Notes: generated by a model from the letters alone, not told the origin. Positions 12,901 through 25,528 are shown, counted from the first letter of the stretch. The stretch is 64,000 nt of DNA from Caecitellus pseudoparvulus (GCA_965644315.1 CBFFRQ010000071.1:5438-69437), one strand, 5' to 3'. A program made the numbers and translations.

Positions 12901-15816
12901 GACGATGACGGCTTGGGGGGCGGGCTGGAGGGTGGCGCTGAGTGGGACGCCGCCCTGACGGTGTTCTTGACTCCAGACGGAACACCCGTGGCCGGCGCCA
13001 CGGCGCACCTCGCCCTGGCGGCGTGTGCCCTGCGGGCCTCCCAAGCCCCCACCAAACCACAGCGCGACGCGTTCCTGGTCGCTGCACTGCACCTCGCGCT
13101 GCGACGTGCCCCCCACCTCGCAGCGTTTCTGGTACAGGGCGTGCAGGCGCTGTCACAAGCGCTGCCAAGCTCGCACGCAGTGTCTGCGGCGGACGTTGCC
13201 GCTGCCTTGGAAACGCACCTCGTCATTCCTGTGGACGGCTTAAACCCCCTGCCGCTGCCAGGCTCGCCACTTGCGACCAGCTTGTCGCACATCGCTCGAC
13301 TAGCCACGTCCCTGGGCTCGCCCCACGTCGGTCGGCTGGCTGCAGACCTGGCGGGGGACGCCGAGGCTGCAGTGGCTGCGACCTGGTCGAGTCTGCTGGT
13401 CGCACGTGACGACCAGCCGGCCCTGCCCCTGGCCCCCCTGCTCGCCCTGCACAAAGCAGGCCACCCAGCCCTGCTGGCCAGCATCGTTGCCCAGGCTGTG
13501 GCCATCTCGCAGGAGGGGGATGTGGAGGCAGCAGGGGCGGCATTCACGACATCCCCCCTGCAATGTGGCCCCGTCAGCGCCGCATCCCGGACGGCTGCCC
13601 TGCTCGCGCTGCGGGGACTGGACCCTGTGGCCGAGGCCGCATCCCGTGTTCTGACCACGGCACAGGCGGAACACGGCGCGACATACGGCTCCCTGGCGCC
13701 ACGCACGTACTCACTGGCGCCAGTCGACATCAGAGGCGCATCAGATGGGCCCACTGCCCCCCCCTCCCTCCTGCCGCCCATCACATCCCCGCTGGACCCC
13801 CCCCTGCGAGCAAAGGCCCCCGGGCCGCTGCCTGGCGCTGACCTGCCCCAAGTAGCCTTTGGCACAGTGCAGGCAATTCTCGGCACAGCCAGCCCTCAAG
13901 ACCCCACCATTGCTGCAGCGGCACTGGGAGGGGAGGGCGAGGGCGGCAGCGGAGACACGGCAGGCGGGACGGGCGATGCAGGGGCTGACATCCTCGCCAA
14001 GTACGGGCTGGGCACTGCGACCAAGCAGGTCGCAGAACCCGACGCCGACGCACCTGCCGACCCCCTCGTCGCCGCAGGCATCACCCTGCCGCCCCTGCCC
14101 GACCCACTCTCCTTCCGGGAGGAGGAGGCGGTTGCTGCGTACTGGCGCTTTGAGAACCGGGTTCTGGCCGATGCTGCTGCAGCCGCTGCTGCATCTGGCG
14201 GGGGCATGGGTCGCAGGCGTCGCCGACGCCGCCGCAAGCGAGGGGGCGGTGACAGCGACGAGGAGGATGGTGGTGACGGCCTGCCCGCCAACCCCGCCAA
14301 ACTGCCCCCCCCCGCCATGGAGAAAGCCGTGACGCTGGTGGCTGACCTGGCCTCGGGGGGGCACCACGGCGTGGTCCTGAGCAGGCCGACCGAGGGCAGT
14401 GACTCCACTGGGGCGTCCCCTGCTGGGGCCACTGCCTCACCCGAGGCACTTGTCAAGGCGAGCGGTGCTCGTGCCCTGCTGGCGTGGTGCTCGCAGTGCG
14501 ACGCGCCGTTCGACTACGGGGACCCGGGCCGTGTCGCTGAGCCGCGCTGCCTGACTGTGTCAGGGCGAGGTGGCAGCCCAGGCGCCAACCGCTTGCCGTG
14601 GGGTGGAGTCGTGCTGCCCAAGGACGAGGGCCAACTGCGAGGTGCGCACACTGCGCTGGTCGCACGTGCCGACGGTGCATTCACACCTCATGGCGCGTGG
14701 GCTGCTGGGCTCGCGGCATGGCTTGGGCGGCAGCCCAGCGGCATTGGCGGAGCAGTTTCCGGCGCAATCATGCCCGTGCGGCGGTTCTCACGACTTGACA
14801 TCGGGCTGCGGCCCTGGCACGCCTGCACCGGCAGCTGGTGTGTGGAGGCGTGGGCGTGGGTGGCACCTGGCGGCGGGACAGACTCCGCCTCAGAGTCAGC
14901 TGACGCCTCCCCCACCCACTCTGACTCAGAGGACGACGGCCCAGTCTTTGTCCCCCCCTCGCCCATGGACAGGCCCAGTGTGCTCCTGGCCCGCCTGGAG
15001 CCTGAGGGGGGTACTGTGCCCCCCTCCGCCACCTCCCTGGCCTGGGCGCTGAGCGTGACTGCGGATGGGCGCCTGGCGTTCCATGCGGGGGGTGGGCCCA
15101 GCACCCCGCCTGTCGCGTCGGAGGCGGGCAAGGTGCAGTGCCGAGTGTGGCACCACATCGCAGTGGCTGTGGATGCGACGCCCCAGGCGGTGCAGGCAGG
15201 TCGCACGGCACTGGAGCAGTGCGTGGCTGACGGTGCGCCCACCACGCCCACACTGCGCAGCGCCTCCCCTGCCCTGACAGTCACGCTGGTGCTGGATGGG
15301 GAGTCTGTCGCCACCGGCACTGTGCCTGCCCACGCCCCCCTCACGCCCCTGACTGACGACACCCTGGCCCAAGCGGAGGCCGCTCGCCCCCCCCCGCCCA
15401 CCGCTGACGCAGAAACCGCCACCCTGCCACCCACACAGCCTGCTTGCGAAGTGGACGGGGGTGCGCTGCTGCTGCTGCCTAACGCAGTGGGCGTGCGTGC
15501 CACTGAAGTGCGTGTGTGGAACGGGGCCCGTTCCCCCGATGACGTCGCCAGCGGCAAGGATTTCGCGCTGGACTGTGCCGAGCAAAGGGCCAAACTGACA
15601 GTGAACATCGCTACACCAGCAGCGCCCCAGGCAGCGCTGGGAGGACCCAGTGCCTCCCTGAGCACTGCCAACACCGCACCGGCGCTAAAACCGCCGAGTG
15701 GCAGCAGTGACGCGCCCCCCAAGCGCAGTGGAGGTCTGCGTGGACCTGGAGGGGGGCTGCGTGGACCGGGCTCGCGCCGTGGCCGTCGCGGCCGTGGAGG
15801 TGCAGCCGCAGACTGA
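6948..15816 (+). CDS. Large WD40 protein, TWD40-1/TTRAY-like (TSET/TPLATE complex), with C-terminal LamG/concanavalin-A-like domain
   Basis: Exon 1 6948-7025 (MECCSV...APQAVALHP), phase-0 intron 7026-7156 (GTGCGT...CTCAG), WD motifs (SVHPTLPLVAAGTSDGMVTVW; VQWHPSQPVLAG), 1-nt frameshift near 7860. Segment LVTTQRLLLCAPDLTVLAS...AWAGSCLLFTT...DRIVV resembles plant TWD40-1 as I recall it. DPF/FDDFF motifs. C-terminal WCVEAW..WHHIAVAVD..LDGE..EVRVWNGARS. Confidence 0.7.
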
Positions 15817-15928
15817 CGCTCCCTGCAGCCCCCTCAACGTGAATGCACACACAGCCCTGTTCCGATACGATTGCATGCATATGCTTGCATTGCGCTGGGA
15901 ATCTGAACCCACTCCCCACACTCCGACC

Positions 15929-18721
15929 TCAGCCCAGCACTCCCAGTGCCGCCTGCGTCACGCCCGCACCTGCCGTGACGAGAAATGCTGCCCCCACGTG
16001 GCGGGACTTCCAGTAGCTGTTGTGGGCGCGCGTCGCAGCGTACAGCTCACTGGAGCGGGCCAGGATGCCGCTGGGCTGCACCTCCACATCCACTGCGCCG
16101 CCGACGGCGCCTTGCAGTTGGCCGGCTGCCACGTGCAACCCTTCCAGTGCGGCTGCCGAGTGGGGCTGCTGCGCAGAGGTGCGACGGGGGGGCAGGGGCG
16201 GTGCTACGGCTGCACTGGGCTCACTGGAAGGCACGTTCGGTGTGCCAGGAGGCTTCGTCCCGCTGGCGGCTGCGGCGATGGGGTGACTCCGGCCACAGCC
16301 ACACCTCGCAGCGGTGTGCATGGCCATGGCTGCTTCGCGCACACGCCCATCCAGTTCGCCCACAGGCAGGGCAGGCGGCCCAGTACTGGCACTGCCGTGC
16401 GGCATGGCTCTGCCTTCCTCCAGCGCCTTCACACTCGCATCTGCCTGGTCCATGAGGCGGCGGGCAAGGGTAGCAGCCTGCGCCTCACCCTCAGCCACAA
16501 GCGCCTGCCGCACGGCAGCACCAACGTGCAGCAGGGGGTTCAGGCGCTGTGCGACGGGGTCGCAGCTGTTGTACACATTCAACAGCCATGGCCGAGTGTC
16601 CTGTGCAGGCCCCACGCCCGGGTCCAGCGCTGGCGGGAGCCGGAACACGCGGGAAAGTGCTTCCGACACCGCCGCCGCGGAGAGTCCCCGCGCAGTAAGG
16701 AACAGCGAGACAGGCGAGCCCATCAGCATCGTACCGGCGAGAGGGATGATGCTGGGGATGCACGGCACGCCTTCGGAGGACCAGGCTACCCCAGGGATGG
16801 ACTGTGCAGCTGGCTGTGGTGCAGAGATGGGGGCGGCCGCTGCCACCGCCGTCCCCTGCAGCAGGCTGTCGCCACACGACATGTCCACAGCCAGAACACC
16901 GCCCAGGGAGTGCCCCACTAGCGTCACTTGGCCTGGGCATGGCACATGCAGTGCCTCCCGACTCCCCAACAACAGTGCTGGCCGCCCCAGCATGAACAGA
17001 CACCAGCTCCGCAGAAGCTGCGTCGCGGCGTGGCGGCGCAGCGCACCCCCCACATGTGGGCTGGTGTACGTGGCAGCCGTGAAGCCTTGCCGGAACAGCA
17101 TGGACCGCAGGCCGATCAAGGACTTGCTGGAGGTGATGAGGCCCAGTGCGCTCTGCTGCTCGGCGTTTGCGACCTGCTCCGTCACCTCGGCGTCCTCGCC
17201 ATCGCTCGGAGTCAGGGGGGGCAGGTGCAGGTCCTTGCGACCGCTGTACCACGCCACGCCCACCCCCTCAAACCCAGAGCTGTGCACAGTGCACCTGCTC
17301 ACAGCATCAGCCCCACTCGCCATACCTTGTGCGACAGAGGGGTTCAATCCCGCGGCGTGGGCCAGAGCGCTTGCGGCAGCTGTGGCCTGCTGGCTAGGAC
17401 CAGCCCACAACGGCAGCTCCGCAGCGCACCCAGCTCGCTCCACGGCAATGGTGAAGCGCGCACACTTGCGCCGCATGCCAGAGGATGAGTGGGCGCCCGT
17501 CCCGTGCAGTACCAGGGCCACTGTGCGGGGTGCGCCCAAGTGCAGGCGCACTAGACCGTCACCCGCTGCGTCCGCCCATTTCGCCAGTCGAAGGCGTGTC
17601 TCACCCGCCTCGGCACTGTCCACACCCCCGCTGGGCACGGTGCCACGCGAGAGATGGTGTGCAGCACGGGCGAGTGACTGCAGCAACGGCTCCCGCCTCT
17701 CCTGTGTCGCCCCGCTGTCCAGTTTGCACACGCCGAGCGCCAGCAGCGCACTGCGACCTGCCTGCGTCAGGCACGCCGGTCGCACCCATGCCCGCCGTCG
17801 CACAGTCGCCTGCACCTCTCCCGTCACATTTGCCGCTGCCCGAGACACCGCCTTGCCTACAGCACGCGTCACAGACGAAAACAGCCCTCCCCCGCCGCCA
17901 GAGGCCCGCCGTGGGCGTGCGGAATCTGCTCCCGCCCCCCCTGCCCCCCCTGGCGTGTCGGCGGCGTACTCTCGGTCGGCACGTTTGCCGATGGCTGCCA
18001 GCTGTGGAGGCGTGGTCAGTGTGGCGGAACGACTCCACCCAGTCTTCACATCTGGAGGTGCGGCAGAGCTGTGCGCATGGCGGTCCGAGGGAGGGATGTA
18101 CCAAGCTGGAGGAGGGGGGTCTGACCCCCCCTCCCGCGGGGCGCTGTGCAGCACCCCCCCTGTGCTCTCATCCAGCCACTCTGACAGCGCTGGTGCTGGG
18201 CAGGGGGCGTTCCCGGGGGCCTCTGCACTCCAATCTGCGGCATACTCCCACCCCCCCCCCAGCCGGGTATGGGGGGCCCTCGCCACGCGCCAGGCGCTGC
18301 CCGGGCACCACTCCCACCACATGCAGCTACGCAGCGCATGCTGGACCGTTTCATGTGAGGCGGCCTCTTTGACATCTGCGGTTGCAGCGGCGAGGGTGGC
18401 GGTGCGATGTGGGTTGGAGGTCGCAAGCCGCTTGAGCAACAAGATACTCCGCCAGCGTGAGGGGGGGAAGCTTTACGTACAAGCACCATGAGCTGCCACC
18501 ATGCTCGTCAGAAGCAACGCGTGCAGCGGTTGCTCCGGGCTGGGCCCGCAGCCGTCAGGCGTGTCAGGGTTTGCCGTGCCGCAGCGAGCCAGGTGAGGCA
18601 GCGGCAGCTGCCGCAGCTCGTCACTGGCAAAAGGGGCCTCAACAAAGACGGGGCACCATTTCTTCAAGCTGGAGTTCCATTCCTCGTGCTCCCACACTGT
18701 CACAGCCCCCACAATGTCCAT
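15929..18721 (-). CDS. DDHD-domain intracellular phospholipase A1 with N-terminal DysF/peroxin-like Trp-rich motifs; 5' structure uncertain
   Basis: ALVLHGTG, lipase GHSLG (VTLVGHSLGG), MLMGSPVSLF, LNVYNSCDPVAQRLNPLL and AHNSYWKS. N-terminal VWEHEEWNS..W, WEYAADW and VRRRAWVR. Confidence 0.8.
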
Positions 18722-19962
18722 GTGGTGCCTGTCGCCCTGGAGTGGCAAATTCAGCGAAACGCCCGCGAAACGTCGATCGATTGGTCGGGACCTAGGTGCG
18801 CGCAGTGAGCGCGGACAGCCATTGGTGTGATACATCCACACGGGCGTGAGAACGTGTGTGTTCAGTTTCTTGAAATTGTGCAATGCATGTCGTTTTTCTC
18901 TCGCTTTTCAACAAAAGGCGGCAGGAGCATGGCTTGAACTTGGAGTTTTTTGGTCCCAACAACATGTGTGGCAGAAAAGGCGAGCGTTCCTCAAACCCAG
19001 CTGCCCCGAAGGCGTTGGGGTTGAGTTTTGTCAAGTCGATACGGAGACTGGGCCCACTGGCGGAGTTCCATGCGCGGTGGCGTGAGGGAAGTGAAACCTC
19101 CTGCACCTCCACAGAAGTCCAAGCGACTGCTCCGTCCACCACTTGGCCGTCAGGCGCAGCCACAGGCAAGGCACCCGCTTCATGAGGTAAAGAATGCCTA
19201 GATGTATGAGTTATCTCTGAATGTGCCCTGTAAACCCACCAACGGAGGAGTATGTGTCGAGCCAGGCTGTCGCAACAGATTGCAGCTCAACGCCGTTTGG
19301 CGATTGAACCCACGGGAACAACGTGCCCTACATGCAGCGTCTTGAAGTATGTCGCCATGAATACAAGGAATGTGGTATTCACTGCTGCCCTTTCGCCGTT
19401 CCTCGACGAGAGTGTGGGACTCTTTGTATGAGTCGCGACTCGCGACCCACGCTATGTGCGGCGCCCCCTGGGTCCAGCATGGAGACATTCGAGGCCAGAA
19501 CTGGCAACATCTGCTGTTACTTTACGACACCAGTCAGTGACGTGTGAAGGTGGGTGGTAGTGTGCGCAGCCTGGCCTGAGCCGAGCTTGACCGGCGCTGA
19601 TGCGCAGCACGTCGTTCACCCACGTCGCAGTTTGCCCCCCTGCGCTCACCTGGGGGACACACAATCGTCCACGTTGCCTGGCATCATGCGCTGTCACTTT
19701 TCAAGTTGCCTTGACATCATCTCGCATCCAGTCTACCCTGCCATGACGCTTGGCGAGCCAGGAAGCAGCTGACCGCGAGAAACGCCTTGCTGGGTTTTCC
19801 CGGCGGCAGCCTCGACGCGCCTGCACCTGACGCCTTCGCGCACACTCCTGCAGAAAACAGGTCAAGGCAAAAGACGCCCGCGTAGCAACCCCTCCAAAAC
19901 CAACCCACATCTCCTACAAGCACCTCTACCTGGCTTGTCACGGCCTCGTGCAGCCCACAGCC

Positions 19963-22900
19963 ATGCGCAAGGGTCGGTTCGGCAGCTCTGCCTTCCTGGC
20001 CTGCGTCCTCGTTGCCCTGCTGGAAACAGGCGCTCCATGCTCCACCAGCCCCGGCGGCTGCTCAGATAGCACCTCAGATGACAGCACAGGCCTGCAGGGC
20101 TTGCCGTACATTCACCAGGTGTACCGTGAAGACGACCCGTGCCCCGCTGGCTGGGTGCCGGCGCAGACGCACTGCCTTCGTGCAGTGCCCCCCACACCCG
20201 GGTTCACAGCTGCCGCCGCTGCCGCCGCGTGCGCCGCCCTGCACGCCGATGCATACCCTTTCCCCATTGCTACACCGCAAGATCAGTCGGTGGTCACTGC
20301 CTTTGTCGACCTGCAGCCCGGACAACGCGCGTGGATCGGGTGCGAGTTCGCAGGCGACATTTCCCTTCCCAACTACGGCAAGTTCTTCCTCGCCGACGGC
20401 AGCCCTGGCAAGGCCACCTTCTGGGATGCCGCCATCGGGCCGATTGACTTTGCCCCTGGTGCCCAGTGCTACCTGCAGGCGCCTGCAGAGGGGGGCAAGT
20501 GGGGCTTGGCGCCAGGCGGAGTGCCTGCGCCGGGCTTTGCGTACGGCGTCACCTGCGCATTGGCAGCGAGGCCGAAGCACGTGGCGTCAGGCGCAGATGC
20601 CTGCGAGGCTGGCATGGGCAGGGGGTGGAGGTACCTCAAAGACGCCTCTGACTCCACTGGGCAGTGCTTTGCGGCGCTGCCTGACGAGATGGACGCCAGC
20701 CAAGCTGGTGACGCGTGCGCCGCCGTGGGAGGCACTCTCGCAGGAGTCGGTGACAACACACAGAACAACAAACTTCGCCGCCTGGCCTGGCACCCACTAG
20801 AAGATGACGCTTCCTTCACGTGGTTGGGCATCAGCCGGTCCACCACGGCTCTCCCGGGGCAGCCTGGTGTGTGTGGTTGGTGGGAAGAGCACAGTGACAG
20901 TGCAGCTGCATTCGGGAACTGGGATCCAGCTGATCCACACGGCACCACCTGCCTTGCGTCCCCCCTTCGGGCACGCATGATGCCAGACGGGACGTGGTCT
21001 TCAGCTTCTGATCTCACGTTGAATGGTTGGGCAGCTTGCCAGCTGAACGTCCTGGGTGACTTCCAGACGATGCTGAACTCCAACCCGCTGGGCCAGGCGG
21101 CGTTTGTGCCCCCCCGCCAAGCTGGCCCCCATGTCCTGGCCTCTGTTCCTGGCTCGTTGCTTGGTGGCTTGTTTGGCTCCACCATGTGCTCCCTGCAGGC
21201 ACTTGGCGGCGCCAAGATGCTGTTCTTTGTGCTCACTGCGCGCGACGGACAGGGCTGGGCGCCAGGCTGGGAGGCGGAGGTCATCGACGGCTCAGGTGGG
21301 CGCACGACCCTGCAGCACCCGGAACATGGGTACTCGACGCAACAGTTCAAGTGCTTCCGTCTGAGCATATTCAACTGCCCTCGCCTCGAAGTGAGGGGTG
21401 GAGTGTCTGGGACCGGAGCGAACATTGCGGTGACAGTGTACTTCGCCGACAGCGGCACAAACAACGGGCGGCTCATCGCCCATGCCGAGGGAGATGATGC
21501 AACAGCGTTCTTTGCCCTCCCTGGTGCAACTGGCTGTGGGGCTTCCCCTGCCCCTTCAGCCATGGTGACTCCTAGCACCTCGCCATCTGTCACGCCGAGC
21601 AATTCTGGCACGCCATCAGCCTCCACGTCAGCAGCTGTCACAGGCACGCCATCGGCCTCCACCTCTGCAGCTGTCACAGGCACGCCATCGGCCTCCACCT
21701 CTGCAGCTGTCACAGGCACGCCATCGGCCTCCACCTCTGCAGGTGTGACGGGCACGCCATCGGCATCAGCCTCCACCTCTGCAACTGTGACGGGCACGCC
21801 ATCGGCATCAGCCTCCACCTCTGCAGCTGTGACGGGCACGCCATCGGCATCAGCCTCCACCTCTGCAGCTGTGACGGGCACGCCATCGGCCTCCACCTCT
21901 GCAGCTGTCACGGGCACGCCATCGGCATCAGCCTCCACCTCTGCAGCTGTGACGGGCACGCCATCGGCATCATCCTCTGCAGGTGTGACGGGCACGCCAT
22001 CGGCCTCCACCTCTGCAGCTGTCACAGGCACGCCATCGGCCTCCACCTCTGCAGCTGTCACAGGCACGCCATCGGCCTCCACCTCTGCAGGTGTGACGGG
22101 CACGCCATCGGCATCATCCTCTGCAGGTGTGACGGGCACGCCATCGGCATCAGCCTCGACGTCAGCAGCTGTGACGGGCACGCCGTCAGCCTCCACGTCA
22201 GCCGCTGTGACTGGCACGCCGTCAGCCTTCACATCAGCTGCTGTCACGGGCACGCCGTCAGCCTCCACGTCAGCAGCTGTCACGGGCACGCCGTCAGCCT
22301 CCACGTCAGCTGCAGCTACCAACACACCCTTTCCATTGTGGCCAGGCGGCCCGACAGCAAGCCCAGGCAGCAGCTCTGCTCCTCCAGGGACGCGTATTGG
22401 GCCACTTCCAGGAAGATTCACTCCGGCTCCATCTCAAGCACCATCACCAGCCCTGGAGAGTGCGGGGAGCGATGACGGGCGAGACGAGGGCGTGGCAGGG
22501 GACGACGAGGTGGTGGAGGAGGAGGGGCCGGGGCGGACCCGGACCGGTGGCGGGGATACGGACACATCGTGGGAGATTGGCGTCATCTCCAGCGTCTCCA
22601 TCACGGCATTCCTCATGCTGGCTGTCATGGCCGTGTGCTGTTGCAAGTGCTTCACAAGGCAGCCCAAGGTGCGGCCGGCCCCCCTGCGCCGACGGGCCAG
22701 CTCGGCAAGCGACAAGATCGAAGTGTGCACTGACAGCGACTCAGACAAGCCGCCCAAACCCGCACCCGAGCTGCTGCCTCCTTCGGCCATTCACGCGGCA
22801 GGCGCCGGCACAAAGTTGACCGAAGCCACGGTGGTGACGCTGGAAGACGCAGGCACCTGGGCTCATCGCTCCGACATCACGACCCAGTCTCGCGGCGAAA

Positions 22901-23031
22901 CCCTGTCTGACGTGGACGATGGCTGGCTGGAGCAGGCGTACGGGTTCGATTCTGACGATGACCCGTCGCTGCAGTTTACCGACATTATCATCGTGTCGCC
23001 AGCGAGCGCCCGATCAGCCAAGTCGCAGTAG
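19963..23031 (+). CDS. Type I membrane protein: signal peptide, two C-type lectin-like domains, Ser/Thr mucin-like stalk, TM helix, acidic cytoplasmic tail
   Basis: Hydrophobic leader (AFLACVLVALL); CPAGW..C..A...C...AWIGC and GWRY..QCF..A.DACAAVGGTLA..WLGIS..NW..C..W; repeat stalk; TM IGVISSVSITAFLMLAVMAVCCC. Confidence 0.8.
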   Translation: MRKGRFGSSAFLACVLVALLETGAPCSTSPGGCSDSTSDDSTGLQGLPYIHQVYREDDPCPAGWVPAQTHCLRAVPPTPGFTAAAAAAACAALHADAYPFPIATPQDQSVVTAFVDLQPGQRAWIGCEFAGDISLPNYGKFFLADGSPGKATFWDAAIGPIDFAPGAQCYLQAPAEGGKWGLAPGGVPAPGFAYGVTCALAARPKHVASGADACEAGMGRGWRYLKDASDSTGQCFAALPDEMDASQAGDACAAVGGTLAGVGDNTQNNKLRRLAWHPLEDDASFTWLGISRSTTALPGQPGVCGWWEEHSDSAAAFGNWDPADPHGTTCLASPLRARMMPDGTWSSASDLTLNGWAACQLNVLGDFQTMLNSNPLGQAAFVPPRQAGPHVLASVPGSLLGGLFGSTMCSLQALGGAKMLFFVLTARDGQGWAPGWEAEVIDGSGGRTTLQHPEHGYSTQQFKCFRLSIFNCPRLEVRGGVSGTGANIAVTVYFADSGTNNGRLIAHAEGDDATAFFALPGATGCGASPAPSAMVTPSTSPSVTPSNSGTPSASTSAAVTGTPSASTSAAVTGTPSASTSAAVTGTPSASTSAGVTGTPSASASTSATVTGTPSASASTSAAVTGTPSASASTSAAVTGTPSASTSAAVTGTPSASASTSAAVTGTPSASSSAGVTGTPSASTSAAVTGTPSASTSAAVTGTPSASTSAGVTGTPSASSSAGVTGTPSASASTSAAVTGTPSASTSAAVTGTPSAFTSAAVTGTPSASTSAAVTGTPSASTSAAATNTPFPLWPGGPTASPGSSSAPPGTRIGPLPGRFTPAPSQAPSPALESAGSDDGRDEGVAGDDEVVEEEGPGRTRTGGGDTDTSWEIGVISSVSITAFLMLAVMAVCCCKCFTRQPKVRPAPLRRRASSASDKIEVCTDSDSDKPPKPAPELLPPSAIHAAGAGTKLTEATVVTLEDAGTWAHRSDITTQSRGETLSDVDDGWLEQAYGFDSDDDPSLQFTDIIIVSPASARSAKSQ
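21607..22320 (+). repeat. Coding minisatellite, 19 units of 36/42 bp (GTPSA[SA]STSAAVT)
   Basis: 14 x 36 bp plus 5 x 42 bp units, read from the translation and DNA. Confidence 0.9.
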
Positions 23032-23088
23032 ACGGCGCGCCGCGCTTAATTCACTGTCCATGCATTGCGGAACACTGCACACCCGACC

Positions 23089-25528
23089 TCACTGCATGGT
23101 GGCCATGAACTCCCGCACCTCCGCCAGCTCCCGCTGCCGCCTCGCGTCGTCCCACCCAATCGCGTCGCCCATGACACTCACCACTCGCTCAGCACACGCC
23201 TCCACAGCCTTGGTGTCTGTAAACGCCAGGCGTGTGCGGCGCGCCACAAAGTCTACAGCCTTGCACGCCATCTCCTGCTCCACAGCGAACACGATCTCAG
23301 CTTGCAAGTACGGGTGGCGCGCCACGAGCCGGTGCGTCAACTTGTGGGGGCCCTTGTCCGTGACGGCCATCTGAGCCACTTGCAGGGCCCGCGTGCCGTA
23401 GTTGTGCACGAGGTGGGTGGCCACGTCCTTGTCCATGCCAAACGTCTCGCGAAGGGTCACCTGTGTGGGGGGATGGGGGGTGGCGGTAGGGACATGCGGA
23501 CGGGCGACAGAGAGGCACGGCGCGGGAACGTACCACGATGCGGTCGAACTTCTGGCTGGCGACGATGCCCTGGCGATCGGCACCCAGCAGCTGCTTGTTC
23601 AGGGTGTCGCTGGGCTGCACCTTGCTGGCGACGAGGGGGAACTGGCGAGGTCGCGCCGCGACCTCGTCGATGGTGTCCTGGGCCATGGCGCGGTAGGTGG
23701 TCCACTTGCCGCCCAGAATGCTGACCAGGCCCGAGTCAGACACCTCCACGCAGTGACTCCGCACGAAGTTGCTGGTGTTGCTGCCCTCCCCTGCGCCCTG
23801 GCGAGCCGCCGTCGCAGCTGCCGATGCATCCTCCCCCGCCTCCGTCGCTGCCGCCACGGCTGCACGGATGGACTCAGTTTCCGCCTTCAGCGTGTCGGAC
23901 GACTTGACCAGGGGGCGCAGACCTGACCAGGTGGCCTTGACATCCCCCCGACTGACGTTGGTGGTCAGGTATCGATTGGCTTCCTTCAGGATGAACGAGA
24001 CATCCTCCTCACTGGCTTCCGGTGTCATGCTCAGCTCGGCAGGGCTGTCAGTGGTGCCGCACAGCGCGTGGCCCTCCCACGGCAGGAAGAACAGCACACG
24101 CCCGTCCTGGGTCTTGGGCACGATGAGTCCCATCTTGTCGGGGCAGAAGTGGTCGGCCATCACCACGTGCACGCCAGCTGCCGGCACAATTGCCTCAGCC
24201 TGCGTCACGTCATCCATGAGCCGCACAGCATCGGCGAAGGGCCCTGTGGCATTGACCACCACACGTGCCTTGACGTTCCACGTGGCGCCAGTGAGTGTGT
24301 CTTCCACCACGGCGCCCGTGATGCGCCCAGCGGAGTCCTTCACCAAATCCCGCAACCCAACGTAGTTCGCAGCCGTGGCGCCAGACTGCGCAGACGTCAA
24401 GGCGATCATCAAATTCATGCGCGTGTCATTGTGCATGCCATCGTAGTACACCACAGCCCCTGCCAACCCCTCAGACTTCAAGTTCGGGAACGCGTACAAA
24501 GCCTCTTCCTGCGCAAGGCACACAGGTACTGCGTGAACCACTCTGCAACGCCGCACACCCACATCGCTCCGGGCAGGCAACGCACCTTGGAGAGGTACCG
24601 ACTGGCCGGCAGCACGCGCTTGGAGCCTGCGATGAGGTCGTACATCTTAGCGCCCAGCCACATGTACGGCAGCTCCAGCCAGGAGTACGTTGGGATCATG
24701 ATTGGCATGGCGTGGGCCATGTACGGCGCAGCGTGCAGCAGGTGAGCCCGCTCAGCCAGCGCCTCCCGCACAAGCTCGAATTGGGAGTAGTCTGAGGCGT
24801 GGCGGTGGATGGCGAACGTGGCAAGCGTGCTGAACAAAAGTGCCGCCGGCACTTGAACCACCCACCTAGCTCCGTGAAGGCCTTCTCCAAATACCGCACG
24901 CCACCGTGGATGAGCTTCGTGCTGCGGCCAGACGTGCCGCTGCCCCAATCAGCCTGTTCGATTATGGCCACCGACAGTCCTCGGCTGGCAGCTGTGCAGG
25001 GGGGGCAGGCGTGCGAGGCTGCCGGCTCAAACCAGTCAAACGAGGACCAGGCCATCAAGCCAAGCACGCACCTTCCAGAGCAACCCCAGCTCCAACACAA
25101 CCACCTGTAACGAACATTGCACGCGTGACGTGGGGCCCGACCGTGCGCAGTCATGGCACCCGCAGGCGCAGGCCCAAGGTGTGCCTACTTGCTCCGTGCG
25201 GAAATTGATCAACACGCACCACCCACGACCAGCACGTCATACTGCTCGCCAGACTTCAGCTTCTGGATCTGAGAGCGCCGCGAGGGGCATGACCAAGGAA
25301 TGACCGACGTCCCGTCCTTGCACCTGCCAATGGGGCAAAGTGGAGGTGTGCGCGGGGCACATTCTGAGGCCGGGCAGCGGGGTGTGCTGCAGCTCTGCGT
25401 ACTTGATGGCTGAGGTGGAGTACTCCTGCCCACCCTCGTCAGTGGCCCGGAGAGGGGCGGTCCAGGTCAGTGTGGCTGCAGCCCCTGCTGTGGCGGCAGC
25501 GAGAATGCGAGCTGAAGACCCCAACATG
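23089..25528 (-). CDS. GPD2: Mitochondrial FAD-dependent glycerol-3-phosphate dehydrogenase, multi-exon
   Basis: Exonic segments YDVLVVGG / GCVGAGVALE / GTSGRSTKLIHGGVRYLEKA / VVYYDGMHNDTRMN / VVNATGPFAD / DGRVLFFLPW / WSGLRPL / GGKWTTYRAMA / DFVARRTRLAF, separated by GT-AG introns. Confidence 0.95.

Noticed and set aside
18790-19900. Possible small minus-strand gene in a lower-GC interval
   Set aside because: Splice-like signals and short ORFs are present, but no coherent model or motif could be supported.
16314-22421. Long antisense ORFs 16314..18491 (+) and 20469..22421 (-)
   Set aside because: Mirror frames of the DDHD and lectin genes, expected at this GC content.
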